Origin: Eubacteriales bacterium
GTDB lineage: Bacteria; Bacillota; Clostridia; Oscillospirales; RGIG577
Assembly (NCBI GenBank): GCA_050943735.1
Contig: JBMNPT010000007.1
Location: forward strand, 51,220-115,219
Length of the DNA: 64,000 bases
Direction of reading: 5' to 3'
Shown here: one piece after another, positions 1 to 8,764 of the stretch
How positions within the stretch are numbered: position 1 is the stretch's first letter
How the letters are laid out: every line of letters starts with the position of its first letter
Notes under the pieces: generated by a model
Seen by the model: the letters and a program-made list of their open reading frames with translations, nothing else
Databases searched by the model: none
Told to the model about the DNA's origin: nothing
Position numbers and translations under genes: made by a program

Positions 1-185
1 GTCCCACCGGCAATATTGTGCTCAAAGCGGGCCGTCCGGTGTGGGGCAGGGATTGCGCCCGGTGTCTGGCGTGCATCCATCGATGTCCCAGAGAGGCCAT
101 TCAGTATGGTAAGGGAACCTATAAACGGGGACGGTATTGCCACCCCGATATCCGACAGGAGGACAATGACCATGAACGCGTATAA
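1..185 (+). CDS. 3' end of a 4Fe-4S ferredoxin-domain protein (EFR1-like), truncated by window edge
   Basis: Frame 3 has no Met, so it is absent from the ORF track. It reads ...GRDCARCLACIHRCPREAIQYGKGTYKRGRYCHPDIRQ...*. It carries a CxxCxxCxxxCP iron-sulfur motif, stops at TAA 183-185 and overlaps the ptsI start by 20 nt. Confidence 0.5.
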   Translation, partial: PTGNIVLKAGRPVWGRDCARCLACIHRCPREAIQYGKGTYKRGRYCHPDIRQEDNDHERV

Positions 186-1833
186 GGGAAAAGGAGTTTC
201 TGCCGGCATTGCCATTGGAAGGGTGTATGTGTACCAGCGGGCACAACACCAGATCAAGCGGTATCGGGTGGAAGATCCGGAGCAGGAAGTCAGCCGGTTT
301 GAACAGGCTCGGGATCAGGCACAACAGGAATTGCAGGGATTGTACGATAAGGCCCTCACCGAAGTGGGCGAATCGGGGGCCATGATTTTTCAGATTCACC
401 AGATGATGCTGGAGGATTTGGATTACTGTGATTCGGTGTGCAATATGATTCGCACCCAGCAGGTCAATGCGGAATATGCGGTGGGCGCCACCGGTGACAA
501 TTTTGCCCGTATGTTCTCTGAGATGGAGGACGAGTACATGAAGGGCCGGGCCGCCGATGTGAAAGACGTGTCGGAGCGGGTGGTCAAGGTGTTGCTGGGC
601 GGAGGCGACAGCCTCATTGCCAGTGAAGAGCCGGTGATTGTGGCGGCGGATGATCTGGCGCCCAGTGAAACGGTGCAGATGGATAAGAGCAAGGTGCTGG
701 GATTTTTGACCCGGGAGGGTTCGGGCAGCTCTCATACTGCCATTTTGGCCCGCACCATGGGGATTCCTGCGGTGATTGGACTGGGAGACCAGTACAGTGT
801 GGAGATGGACGGCAAGATGGCGGCCATTGACGGGGTGACCGGTTCGGTGTATCTGGAGCCAGATGAGGACACCATGGTGCGCATGCAGGCCAAAAAGCAG
901 GCAGATGAGGAACAGAAGGCGCTGCTGCAAACCCTCAAGGGGCAGGCCAATGTGACGTTGGATGGACAGACCATTGATCTGTATGCAAACATCGGCAACG
1001 TGGCGGATGTGGCTGCGGTGCTGGAGGGGGATGCGGGAGGCATCGGCCTGTTCCGCAGTGAATTCCTCTACTTGGAAAACAGCGATTATCCCACCGAAGA
1101 GGAGCAATTCACAGCCTATAAATCGGTGGCGGAAATCATGGCCGGCAAACGGATCATCATTCGTACCCTGGACATTGGCGCGGATAAGCAGGTGGAGTAT
1201 TTTGACATGCCCCACGAGGAAAATCCCGCCATGGGGTACCGGGCCATCCGCATTTGCCTGGACCGGCCCGAGGTGTTCAAAACCCAGCTTCGCGCTCTGT
1301 ATCGGGCTTCGGCCTATGGCAATATTGCCATTATGTTCCCCATGATCATTTCGGTGGAGGAAGTCCGTCAGATCAAGCAGATTGTGGCCCAGGTCAAAGC
1401 TAGCCTGCAGGCCGATGGAATTCCCTTCAACGATCAGGTGCCGTTGGGGATTATGATTGAAACACCCGCCGCGGCTATCATCAGTGACCTGCTGGCCAAA
1501 GAGGTGGACTTTTTCAGCATTGGCACCAATGACCTCTCCCAGTACACCATGGCGGTGGACAGGCAGAACAACAAACTGGATAAGACCTTTAACCCTCACC
1601 ATAAGGCGGTGTTGCGGCTCATCAAGCAGGTGGCGGACAACGCCCATAAAAACGGCATCTGGGTGGGGATCTGCGGAGAACTGGGGGCGGATTTGTCCCT
1701 CACCGAGGCGTTTTTGGCCATGGGCATTGATGAGCTGTCGGTGACACCCGGCAGTGTGTTGGCTCTGCGCAAAAAGGTCCGGGAGACCGACGTATCCAAA
1801 ATCCGGCAGTCCGCATTGGAAGAGCTTTTGTAA
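166..1833 (+). CDS. ptsI: phosphoenolpyruvate-protein phosphotransferase (PTS enzyme I)
   Basis: ATG 166 is preceded by AGGAGG. N-terminus is MNAYKGKGVSAGIAIGRVYVY, and the phospho-His region is GSGSSHTAILARTMGIPAV with a PEP-utilising C-terminal barrel. The ORF-track start at 16 has no RBS. Confidence 0.93.
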   Translation: MTMNAYKGKGVSAGIAIGRVYVYQRAQHQIKRYRVEDPEQEVSRFEQARDQAQQELQGLYDKALTEVGESGAMIFQIHQMMLEDLDYCDSVCNMIRTQQVNAEYAVGATGDNFARMFSEMEDEYMKGRAADVKDVSERVVKVLLGGGDSLIASEEPVIVAADDLAPSETVQMDKSKVLGFLTREGSGSSHTAILARTMGIPAVIGLGDQYSVEMDGKMAAIDGVTGSVYLEPDEDTMVRMQAKKQADEEQKALLQTLKGQANVTLDGQTIDLYANIGNVADVAAVLEGDAGGIGLFRSEFLYLENSDYPTEEEQFTAYKSVAEIMAGKRIIIRTLDIGADKQVEYFDMPHEENPAMGYRAIRICLDRPEVFKTQLRALYRASAYGNIAIMFPMIISVEEVRQIKQIVAQVKASLQADGIPFNDQVPLGIMIETPAAAIISDLLAKEVDFFSIGTNDLSQYTMAVDRQNNKLDKTFNPHHKAVLRLIKQVADNAHKNGIWVGICGELGADLSLTEAFLAMGIDELSVTPGSVLALRKKVRETDVSKIRQSALEELL

Positions 1834-1847
1834 ACCACGCTGCAGCA

Positions 1848-1880
1848 GCCCGAAAGTCCAAAGGACTTTCGGGCTTTTTT
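1848..1880 (+). terminator. intrinsic terminator after ptsI
   Basis: A 12-bp stem GCCCGAAAGTCC/GGACTTTCGGGC with loop AAA is followed by T6. Confidence 0.85.
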
Positions 1881-1897
1881 CATGGAAAAAGAAAAAA

Positions 1898-1954
1898 ATT
1901 AGTACTGACTAATTTTTAGTACTTGACAATGCAAGGTAATGGGCATATTATAAT
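1898..1954 (+). promoter_or_regulatory. promoter with duplicated TTAGTACT motif (candidate PadR operator)
   Basis: TTAGTACT occurs at 1899-1906 and 1916-1923. The second copy abuts -35 TTGACA (1923-1928). The -10 is TATTAT (1946-1951) at 17-nt spacing, or TATAAT (1949-1954). Confidence 0.4.
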
Positions 1955-1968
1955 AGCGAAGGCAGGTG

Positions 1969-2310
1969 ATGCAGATGAATGTACAATTCAAAAAAGGCGT
2001 GCTGGAACTGATAGTGCTGCTTTCGGTGACCCAGAAGGATATGTATGGATACGAGCTGGTCACAGAAGTGAGTAAGGTCATTGATGTCAACGAGGGAACC
2101 ATTTATCCGCTCCTCAAACGTCTGACCAACGAGCGGTATTTTGAGACCTACCTCAAGGAGTCCACCGAAGGGCCTCCGAGAAAGTATTATCATCTCACCA
2201 AGAATGGGGAAATCTATAAAGACGCGCTCAAGGAGGAGTGGCAGGAGTTTTCCGGCAAAGTGGAGAGCTTCATCCGGGAATGTGAGCAGACAGACAACAA
2301 GGAGGCGTGA
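1969..2310 (+). CDS. PadR family transcriptional regulator
   Basis: Winged-helix PadR pattern GYELVTEVSKVIDVNEGTIYPLLKRLTNERYFETYL...RKYYHLTKNG. Alternative starts are GTG 1966 and ATG 1975. Confidence 0.88.
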   Translation: MQMNVQFKKGVLELIVLLSVTQKDMYGYELVTEVSKVIDVNEGTIYPLLKRLTNERYFETYLKESTEGPPRKYYHLTKNGEIYKDALKEEWQEFSGKVESFIRECEQTDNKEA

Positions 2311-2312
2311 CC

Positions 2313-3302
2313 ATGACCAGGGTAGAATTTTTGAATCATTTGGAGAAGCGGTTGGAGATTCTCAATAAAAAGGAACGGGACGATCTGTTGGAGGAATATG
2401 CCCAGCACATTGAGAACAAAATGAGCGAAGGGATGACCGAAGAGGAAGCGGTTCGGGATCTGGGAGACATTGACGAGCTGGCCGATGAAATTTTGGAGGC
2501 ATACAATGTGGACCCCGAGTATGACAGAACCCAGCGGGTGGAAAAAACGGTGATCAGCGGGGTATCACAGCTGGGACGCATGATCAACCAGCTGGCCAGT
2601 CAGCTGATGCGCAAAAATGCCCGGGAGCTGTTTGCACTGCTGGTGCGGCTGTGCGTCGTGGGCGCCGTACTGTTGGGTGTGTATCTGGTGTTAGACGTTG
2701 TAAAAAATGCGGTGATGCGGGTGTTTTCCTTCTTGCCTCACCTGCTGTACAGTCCGCTGTACGGTTTGTTTGACCTGATTGTACTGCTGTTTATGCTGGT
2801 GCTGGCGGCGGTGGCTCTGTACAACTTTGTGGGACAGGAGTTTTTCCCCAGATCCGAAGAGGAAGAGGAACCCTCTGCCAACCAGAGTACAAACAACGGA
2901 TTTCGCATGGACCAGGAGGCCTGGGATGCGGCGGCAGGAAGAGAACGTTCCCGTTTTTTTAGCAGACTGCCCCGGCTGCCCCACATGCCCCGCAGATCTT
3001 CTCAATGGCAAGCTCCCACAGGAGAAGGGGAGGAAGAGTCCTCCCGGCGAAGTGGATTGGGTTTTTTAGGCTCTCTGTGTCGGGCGCTGTGGCGGCTGTT
3101 CATCTTGTGTGTGATGCTTCCCTTTGCTTTCTGTGAGATTCTGGCAGTGGTGGCTGTGGGCGTGCTGCTGGTGCTGATGCTGCAGGGATATCCGTTGATT
3201 GGAGTTACCTTGGGTCTGTTGGGCTGCGCGATGTGCGGCATGTCTTTCCTGCTGCTGGTGGCCCGTTGGCTGCTGGGCGCAGGGGGTGAGCGGGATGCTT
3301 GA
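2313..3302 (+). CDS. DUF1700 (HAAS) domain membrane protein, PadR partner
   Basis: N-terminus is MTRVEFLNHLEKRLEILNKKERDDLLEEYAQHIEN...EEEAVRDLGDIDELADEILEAY, followed by several TM segments. ATG 2313 lies 7 nt after AAGGAGG. The ORF-track GTG 2307 is too close to the RBS. Confidence 0.8.
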   Translation: MTRVEFLNHLEKRLEILNKKERDDLLEEYAQHIENKMSEGMTEEEAVRDLGDIDELADEILEAYNVDPEYDRTQRVEKTVISGVSQLGRMINQLASQLMRKNARELFALLVRLCVVGAVLLGVYLVLDVVKNAVMRVFSFLPHLLYSPLYGLFDLIVLLFMLVLAAVALYNFVGQEFFPRSEEEEEPSANQSTNNGFRMDQEAWDAAAGRERSRFFSRLPRLPHMPRRSSQWQAPTGEGEEESSRRSGLGFLGSLCRALWRLFILCVMLPFAFCEILAVVAVGVLLVLMLQGYPLIGVTLGLLGCAMCGMSFLLLVARWLLGAGGERDA

Positions 3303-3558
3303 AAAAAGGCGATTCATATTGGGGCTGCTGGCCAGTATGGCAGTGGTGCTGATGGGTACGCTGCTGATTCGTGATGCGGAGCCGGTAAGCACCCCAACTT
3401 TACCCCAGATGGCGGTGACGCAGGTAGGTGGGTATCAGCTCACATTGGAGAAAAGAGACCCTGCCGCAGAAATGGCGGAACCAAGTGAGGTAGGGGGCGC
3501 TGGATTTGCCCTGTTGTTGATACAGGCGCTGTTGACAGAAGGAGGAGAAGTGGGATGA
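3295..3558 (+). CDS. small membrane protein (87 aa), hypothetical
   Basis: The internal ATG of ORF 3199..3558 overlaps the upstream stop (ATGCTTGA). It has one N-terminal TM segment (FILGLLASMAVVLMGTLLI). The upstream part of the track ORF lies inside the DUF1700 gene. Confidence 0.55.
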   Translation: MLEKRRFILGLLASMAVVLMGTLLIRDAEPVSTPTLPQMAVTQVGGYQLTLEKRDPAAEMAEPSEVGGAGFALLLIQALLTEGGEVG

Positions 3559-4559
3559 TGCGAAAATTTTTACGGACAGGGAATCTCCTGTTGATTTTTG
3601 TGATAGGTCTGTTTCTGGCAGGCATTGGGAGCGGCATTGCCTTTGCGGAATTTTCCTCCCTCAAACCGGCAGACAGCACCTGGATGGAAGAAATGACAAC
3701 CAAACAGTTCCAGAGGGAAGTGCGTTTGCCCGCGAATGACCAGCCGGTGGCGCTGCTGTCCCAGTGGAGAGAAATACATGAGCAGGCTTTCGTACTGCGG
3801 GAGGACAACACACTGGAAGACGGTCTGGTGCAGTTTTCGGCCGAGCTGCCGGAGGAAGGGTTCTATTTCGATGTGGGTGATGCCTATACAGATTCGGTGT
3901 GGGACCCCGCACAGCAAAAAAATGTGCAGCAGCTGGTGATCAATGTGGTCATTGGCACCAGTGGGATTTCAGAGTGGCAGACTTTCCAGATGGCATTGGA
4001 GCAGTTGAAAAACGGCCGGCTGTATGTGTCCGATACATGGGAATACATTTCCGGACGACAGGTGGAGGTGCGTGCCAACGCTGCCACACTGGCCCGTCTG
4101 CAGACCGATAAGGATTTTTCCCGGTATGAGGAAATTGAAACCAGCACAACAATGGAGAGTACAGATGACACTTCTCCCCAGGTAGCGTCGGACGGTGACC
4201 TGGAAATGGAGGTGGACAACTTTATCGTGGTGGGAACCGCCGGACAGCTCCCGTTGGAGCTCAGCGAGATGGCCTTCCAGAACCTGCGCCGGTATGATCT
4301 GTTTATGGGTACCTTTGAGCCGTCCCAAACCCACTTTGCGTGGCGGATGAATGTGGACCCCTTCTGGAGAGAGGAAGGCAGTGGGGAGTTGTATGTGGAG
4401 GTCACCCGGGATGGGGAAATGGTGGAACAGTTCCCCTTGACCGAAGAGGGACTGAGCCATGATCTGCCCATTGAGGCAGGGTATCACTACCGCATTTCGC
4501 TGGTATCCCCTGCAGGAGCCTATGGAAACATCCAGTGGCTCAGCATTCGTCAGGAGTAA
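3555..4559 (+). CDS. membrane-anchored hypothetical protein (334 aa)
   Basis: GGAGGAG RBS. The ATG overlaps the previous stop (ATGATG/TGA). N-terminal TM anchor is LLLIFVIGLFLAGIGSGIAFA. I recognise no family. Confidence 0.7.
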   Translation: MMRKFLRTGNLLLIFVIGLFLAGIGSGIAFAEFSSLKPADSTWMEEMTTKQFQREVRLPANDQPVALLSQWREIHEQAFVLREDNTLEDGLVQFSAELPEEGFYFDVGDAYTDSVWDPAQQKNVQQLVINVVIGTSGISEWQTFQMALEQLKNGRLYVSDTWEYISGRQVEVRANAATLARLQTDKDFSRYEEIETSTTMESTDDTSPQVASDGDLEMEVDNFIVVGTAGQLPLELSEMAFQNLRRYDLFMGTFEPSQTHFAWRMNVDPFWREEGSGELYVEVTRDGEMVEQFPLTEEGLSHDLPIEAGYHYRISLVSPAGAYGNIQWLSIRQE

Positions 4560-4580
4560 ATGATACAAAAGCATAAAAAG

Positions 4581-4608
4581 GAGACGCTCTGTTGGGCGTC
4601 TCTTTTTT
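4581..4608 (+). terminator. intrinsic terminator after PadR-module operon
   Basis: GAGACGC/GCGTCTC stem with an 8-nt loop, followed by T6. Confidence 0.8.
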
Positions 4609-4626
4609 GCGTCTGTGGGGGATTGA

Positions 4627-4655
4627 TTTACAAAAACTGGAATGTTGGGTATAAT
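4627..4655 (+). promoter_or_regulatory. sigma-70-type promoter of two-component operon
   Basis: TTTACA (4627-4632), 17 nt, TATAAT (4650-4655). Confidence 0.55.
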
Positions 4656-4693
4656 GAAAAAAAGTATGGATTTTTGCAGAGGAGGAAGGCTTT

Positions 4694-5368
4694 ATGAGAA
4701 TTCTGGTGGCAGAGGATGAACGGGATCTCAACCGGTTGATCTGTCAGACGCTGGAACGGGCAGGCTATAGCGTGGACAGCTGTCTGGATGGAGAGGCGGC
4801 GCTGGATTGCCTGTTGGGGGCCGAGTACGACTGTCTGCTGCTGGATATTATGATGCCGAAGAAGGACGGCCGGGAGGTGCTGCGGACGTTACGGGCCCAG
4901 GGCTGTGCCACTCCGGCGATTTTCCTCACCGCCCGGGACAGCGTACAGGACCGAATCGAGGGATTGGACCTGGGTGCGGATGACTACCTCATCAAGCCCT
5001 TTGACTTTGACGAATTGCTGGCACGCATCCGGGCGGCGGTGCGCAAATACGGTGTGCACAAAACCAGCGTGTTTACGGTGGGAGATTTGCGGGTGGACAC
5101 CGCCAGCCATGAGGTGACCCGGGGAGGAAATCCCATTCGGCTGTCCGCCAAGGAGTATGCCATTTTGGAGTACCTCATCCGCCATCAGGGGCAGGTGGTG
5201 TCCCGGACCCGGCTGGAAGATCACATCTGGAATTACGACTATGCGGGAGGGTCCAATGTGGTGGATGTGTACATCACCTATCTGCGCAAAAAGATCGACA
5301 GTGGATATGACACCAAGTTGCTGCACACGGTGCGGGGCAGCGGATGGATCTTAAAGGAGGAGCCGTGA
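4694..5368 (+). CDS. OmpR-family response regulator
   Basis: Receiver domain MRILVAEDERDL...LLLDIMMPKKDG and winged-helix C-terminus (LSAKEYAILEYL...VRGSGW). Confidence 0.92.
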   Translation: MRILVAEDERDLNRLICQTLERAGYSVDSCLDGEAALDCLLGAEYDCLLLDIMMPKKDGREVLRTLRAQGCATPAIFLTARDSVQDRIEGLDLGADDYLIKPFDFDELLARIRAAVRKYGVHKTSVFTVGDLRVDTASHEVTRGGNPIRLSAKEYAILEYLIRHQGQVVSRTRLEDHIWNYDYAGGSNVVDVYITYLRKKIDSGYDTKLLHTVRGSGWILKEEP

Positions 5369-6744
5369 AATTTTTATCTGTCAAACAGAAACTCACCCTG
5401 TGGATCACTCTGCTGATGCTGCTGCTCACCACACTGGTGCTAGGGATTTTGATTTCCATCAGCAGTTCGGTGGCCACTGAAAACACAAGAGAAATGCTCT
5501 CCTCCACCCTGCGGGCCAATTTATCCGGGATTTCCCAGACAGAGGGGCGGCTGACTTTTAGCCAGGAGTTTGCCTTCACCCGTAACGGTGTGTATACGCT
5601 GGTGTACAGTTCGGGGGGAGCCTTGCTGGCGGGACAGCCTCCGCTGGGATCACCAGAAGATGTGGATTTTGAAAATGGGGAGTCCCGTCTGGTGACATCC
5701 GGGGAGGATAATTATTATTTGTTGGATTTCTGGTTGCCCTTCAGCTGGGAGGAAGGCGTGTGGGTGCGGGGCATGATTCAGGCGCCCCATGTTGCCAGCG
5801 TTATTGACGATTTGGTGGGCATTGCGCTGCTGCTGTTGCCGCTGATGGTCATTGTCAGCGGTGTAGGGGCCTATCTGCTGGCCCGGTCCACTTTTCGGCC
5901 CATTGATCGGATCATTGAGGCGGCGGGAGCCATCAGCGAGGGCCGGGATCTGTCTCGGAGAATTGGATTGCCTCCTGGCCGGGATGAGATCAGTCGGCTG
6001 GCACAGGCCTTTGATCACATGTTTGCCCGGCTGGAAACTTCTTTTGAGGCGGAAAAACAATTTACATCAGATGCGTCTCATGAACTGCGGACTCCCACTG
6101 CGGTGATTTTGGCCCAGTGTGACTACACCCGCAAAAACGCCTGTGATACCGAGCAATATTCCCAGGCCATAGAGGTCATAGACCGGCAGGCTCGGAAGAT
6201 GTCGGCGCTGATCAGCCAGCTGCTGCAGATGACCCGTTTGGAACAGGGCACCCAGCAGGTGTCGCTGGAGCAGGCCGATTTGAGTCAGCTGGTGGAGGTG
6301 ATCTGTGAGGAGCAGCCGGGGTTTCCCCGAGGCATTACATTGGAAACCGACCTACAGCCTGAGGTGATGGCCTGGTTTGATGTGACTTTGATGAGCCGTC
6401 TGGTGCAGAATCTGGTGAACAATGCCGTTCAGTATGGCCGTTCGGGAGGACATGTCTGGGTGGTACTGCGGGAGAAAAAGGGTCAGGTTTGCCTGTCGGT
6501 GCGGGATGACGGCGTGGGAATTCCCGCCGACCGTTTGGAGAAGATCTGGCAGCGGTTTTATCAGGTGGACGGTACTCGTGGCAGCGAAGGAGGCGCGGGA
6601 CTGGGTCTCACCATGGTGCGGCAGATCGCCCGACTGCATGGCGGAGAGGTGACGGTGGAGAGCCGGGAAGGTCAGGGAAGTCTCTTCACATTGCGCTTTG
6701 CCGCAGAGCCTGAGAGAGGAGAAGTTACCGCAAAAGAAAAATAA
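5365..6744 (+). CDS. sensor histidine kinase (HAMP/HisKA/HATPase_c)
   Basis: GTG 5365 lies after AGGAGG and overlaps the RR stop (GTGA). H-box is SDASHELRTPT; N and G boxes are NLVNNAVQYG, DDGVGIP and GGAGLGL. It has two TM segments. The ORF-track ATG 5344 is an alternative start. Confidence 0.88.
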   Translation: MKFLSVKQKLTLWITLLMLLLTTLVLGILISISSSVATENTREMLSSTLRANLSGISQTEGRLTFSQEFAFTRNGVYTLVYSSGGALLAGQPPLGSPEDVDFENGESRLVTSGEDNYYLLDFWLPFSWEEGVWVRGMIQAPHVASVIDDLVGIALLLLPLMVIVSGVGAYLLARSTFRPIDRIIEAAGAISEGRDLSRRIGLPPGRDEISRLAQAFDHMFARLETSFEAEKQFTSDASHELRTPTAVILAQCDYTRKNACDTEQYSQAIEVIDRQARKMSALISQLLQMTRLEQGTQQVSLEQADLSQLVEVICEEQPGFPRGITLETDLQPEVMAWFDVTLMSRLVQNLVNNAVQYGRSGGHVWVVLREKKGQVCLSVRDDGVGIPADRLEKIWQRFYQVDGTRGSEGGAGLGLTMVRQIARLHGGEVTVESREGQGSLFTLRFAAEPERGEVTAKEK

Positions 6745-6822
6745 AAAAATATACTTTTTTAATATTCTTTTAATGTTGCGGTGGTATCCTGTAAATGAAC
6801 TTACAGGAAAGGTGTGAATCAG

Positions 6823-7620
6823 ATGAAAAAAATCATTTCGATAGCGATTTCTCTATTGTTGGTAGGCGCACTGGCAGGCTGCAGCTCTCCGTCTCAGAAT
6901 GGTACAGTGCGGACCGAGTCCTATATCAGTGCTGAGGAGGCCAAGACGGCTGCACTGAACAAATCTCAGGTGGCTGGGGCGGACATGTCGGCTGTAACCG
7001 CACAATTGCAGCAAAAGAACGGTGTGGATGTGTATGAAGTGGATTTCTCCGTCGATGGGCAGAAATATCACTGTTCAGTGGACGCGCTGACGGGCAGTGT
7101 CATTGAGGTGAACCAGAGTACCGCAGCGGCAATGCCGTCTGTGAGCACCACAGCAGAGGGACAGATCACTGCTGACGAAGCCAAGCAGATCGCGTTGGAC
7201 CATGCGGGCGTGCAGGAGGGTGATACCACATTTTTGCAGGTAAAGCCTGACTATGACGATGGAATAGCGGTCTATGATGTGGAATTTTATGTGGCATCCA
7301 CCAATACGGAGTATGATTATGAAGTAGACGCAGCATCGGGAGCCATTCGCAGTTTCGATTATGATGCGGAAAATTACGTTCCTGCATCCAATGGAAGCGA
7401 GAGCTGGCAGCAGCCCAAAAGCGAGGAGCAGATTCGCCAGATTGCATTGGCAAAGGTTCCGGGTGCTACCCAGGAAAACATCCGGCTGGAACTGGATTCC
7501 GACGATGGACGGCTGTGCTACGAAGGCAAAATCGTATATGACAATATGAAATACGAATTTGAAATCGATGCCTACAGCGGCGCCATTTTGGAGTGGGAAG
7601 CAGAATCGGTGTTTGATTGA
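6823..7620 (+). CDS. PepSY-repeat lipoprotein
   Basis: Lipobox LLVGALAGCSS. Three PepSY-like repeats, for example ITADEAKQIALDHAGV...YDVEFY...YEVDAASGAI. GTG 6814 is an alternative start. Confidence 0.8.
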   Translation: MKKIISIAISLLLVGALAGCSSPSQNGTVRTESYISAEEAKTAALNKSQVAGADMSAVTAQLQQKNGVDVYEVDFSVDGQKYHCSVDALTGSVIEVNQSTAAAMPSVSTTAEGQITADEAKQIALDHAGVQEGDTTFLQVKPDYDDGIAVYDVEFYVASTNTEYDYEVDAASGAIRSFDYDAENYVPASNGSESWQQPKSEEQIRQIALAKVPGATQENIRLELDSDDGRLCYEGKIVYDNMKYEFEIDAYSGAILEWEAESVFD

Positions 7621-7649
7621 GAAAAATAAGGGGAAAGGAGTCGATTGAA

Positions 7650-8711
7650 ATGAGAAAATGGTTGGCAATGTTGGCAGCGGCGGCGATGTTCTGTGGAGTG
7701 GTCACTGCGGCGCAGGGATTTTATACGGTAGAAGCGCAGCTGAGCCCGGATGTCACCGTGAAAATTGATGGAGTGGAACGTACCTTTTTCAATACACAGG
7801 GGCAGGAAATGCATCCCATCAGCTATGCGGGGACCACTTATGTACCCATCCGTTCCATTGGGGAGCTGATGGACAAAAATGTCAATTGGGATGCATCTAC
7901 CAATACGGCTACCATTGGAGGGGAACGGGTTACACCCGATGCCACCGGTGTGAAGGATAAAAATGCCCAGGCACAGACCATCGCGCTGCGAATGGAACCC
8001 AATTTCACCATTGTCATTGACGGGGTGGAGCGGACTTTTCTGGACCCCAATGGCAAGGTGTGCGATCCTGCACTGTATGACGGTTCTATCTACCTGCCCA
8101 TCCGGGCCATCGGAGAGATCATGGGAAAAACCGTTGCCTGGGATGCCGATAGTAAAACGGTTCTGCTCAGTGGAGAAACCACAGAAGGTGTGGTAACGGA
8201 TGCGGACACCACCAATTCCAGCAAACCCTCTGATTCGGATCATGGAACGTCTTCTGCCGCTGTGACGTTGGAAGAAGCCAAGCAAATTGCGCTTCAGCAT
8301 GCTGGCAAGACCGCTGCGCAGGTTACTCTGATCAAGGCAGAAAATGACTATGACGATGGCCAAAAAGTATATGAAGTGGAATTTTATAGCTCTTCCAGTG
8401 ACGGCACGACGAAATATGAATACAAAGTGCAGGTGACCACTGGAGCGATTGTAGACTATGGATGGAGCTTGAAAAATTATGTGTCCCAGGGCAGCGGCTC
8501 CATCAGTGAAGCTCGCGCCAAAGAAATTGCGCTGGCCAAGGTGCCAGGAGCAACTGTGGCCAATCTCTATGAATTTGAACGGGACTATGATGATGGACGG
8601 TATCAGTACGAAGGAAAAATCGTGTACGAGGGCAAGGGATATGAATTTTCCATTGATGCATCCAGTGGAGTCCTGACTGACTGGGAAGTACAAACTCTTC
8701 ACAGAGTGTAA
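7650..8711 (+). CDS. secreted protein with two copper-amine-oxidase-N-terminal (stalk) repeats plus two PepSY domains
   Basis: ATG 7650 follows GAAAGGAG. Signal peptide is MRKWLAMLAAAAMFCGVVTAAQG. The motif IDGVERTF...YVPIRSIGELM/YLPIRAIGEIM occurs twice. The C-terminal PepSY pair is paralogous to the upstream gene. Confidence 0.78.
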   Translation: MRKWLAMLAAAAMFCGVVTAAQGFYTVEAQLSPDVTVKIDGVERTFFNTQGQEMHPISYAGTTYVPIRSIGELMDKNVNWDASTNTATIGGERVTPDATGVKDKNAQAQTIALRMEPNFTIVIDGVERTFLDPNGKVCDPALYDGSIYLPIRAIGEIMGKTVAWDADSKTVLLSGETTEGVVTDADTTNSSKPSDSDHGTSSAAVTLEEAKQIALQHAGKTAAQVTLIKAENDYDDGQKVYEVEFYSSSSDGTTKYEYKVQVTTGAIVDYGWSLKNYVSQGSGSISEARAKEIALAKVPGATVANLYEFERDYDDGRYQYEGKIVYEGKGYEFSIDASSGVLTDWEVQTLHRV

Positions 8712-8730
8712 ACATTTCTGAAAAAAATAA

Positions 8731-8760
8731 AAACCCGCAGCTTTTAGCTGCGGGTTTTTT
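8731..8760. terminator. bidirectional intrinsic terminator (PepSY gene / nrdG)
   Basis: An 8-bp stem CCCGCAGC/GCTGCGGG is flanked by an A-run upstream and T6 downstream. Confidence 0.85.
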
Positions 8761-8764
8761 GATG

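Noticed and set aside
16-165. N-terminal extensions offered by the ORF track for ptsI and several other genes (rsmF-like 17774, recG 44087, tilS 30405, second HK 61827, AEC 51336, permease 58045).
   Set aside because: The extensions overlap upstream genes or lack an RBS. Internal starts with good SD spacing align with the conserved N-termini of the families.
22-1647. 541-aa ORF antisense to ptsI. Similar long antisense ORFs occur at 9582..10595, 14587..16284, 21141..22451, 23655..24932, 26647..28722, 32973..34556, 38561..39676, 41802..43445, 44489..45931, 47914..49284 and 60980..62011.
   Set aside because: These are shadow ORFs typical of GC-rich coding DNA. Each lies fully opposite a gene with clear family motifs. 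They have no RBS, and their translations are His/Gly/Arg/Pro-rich and low-complexity with no recognisable domains.
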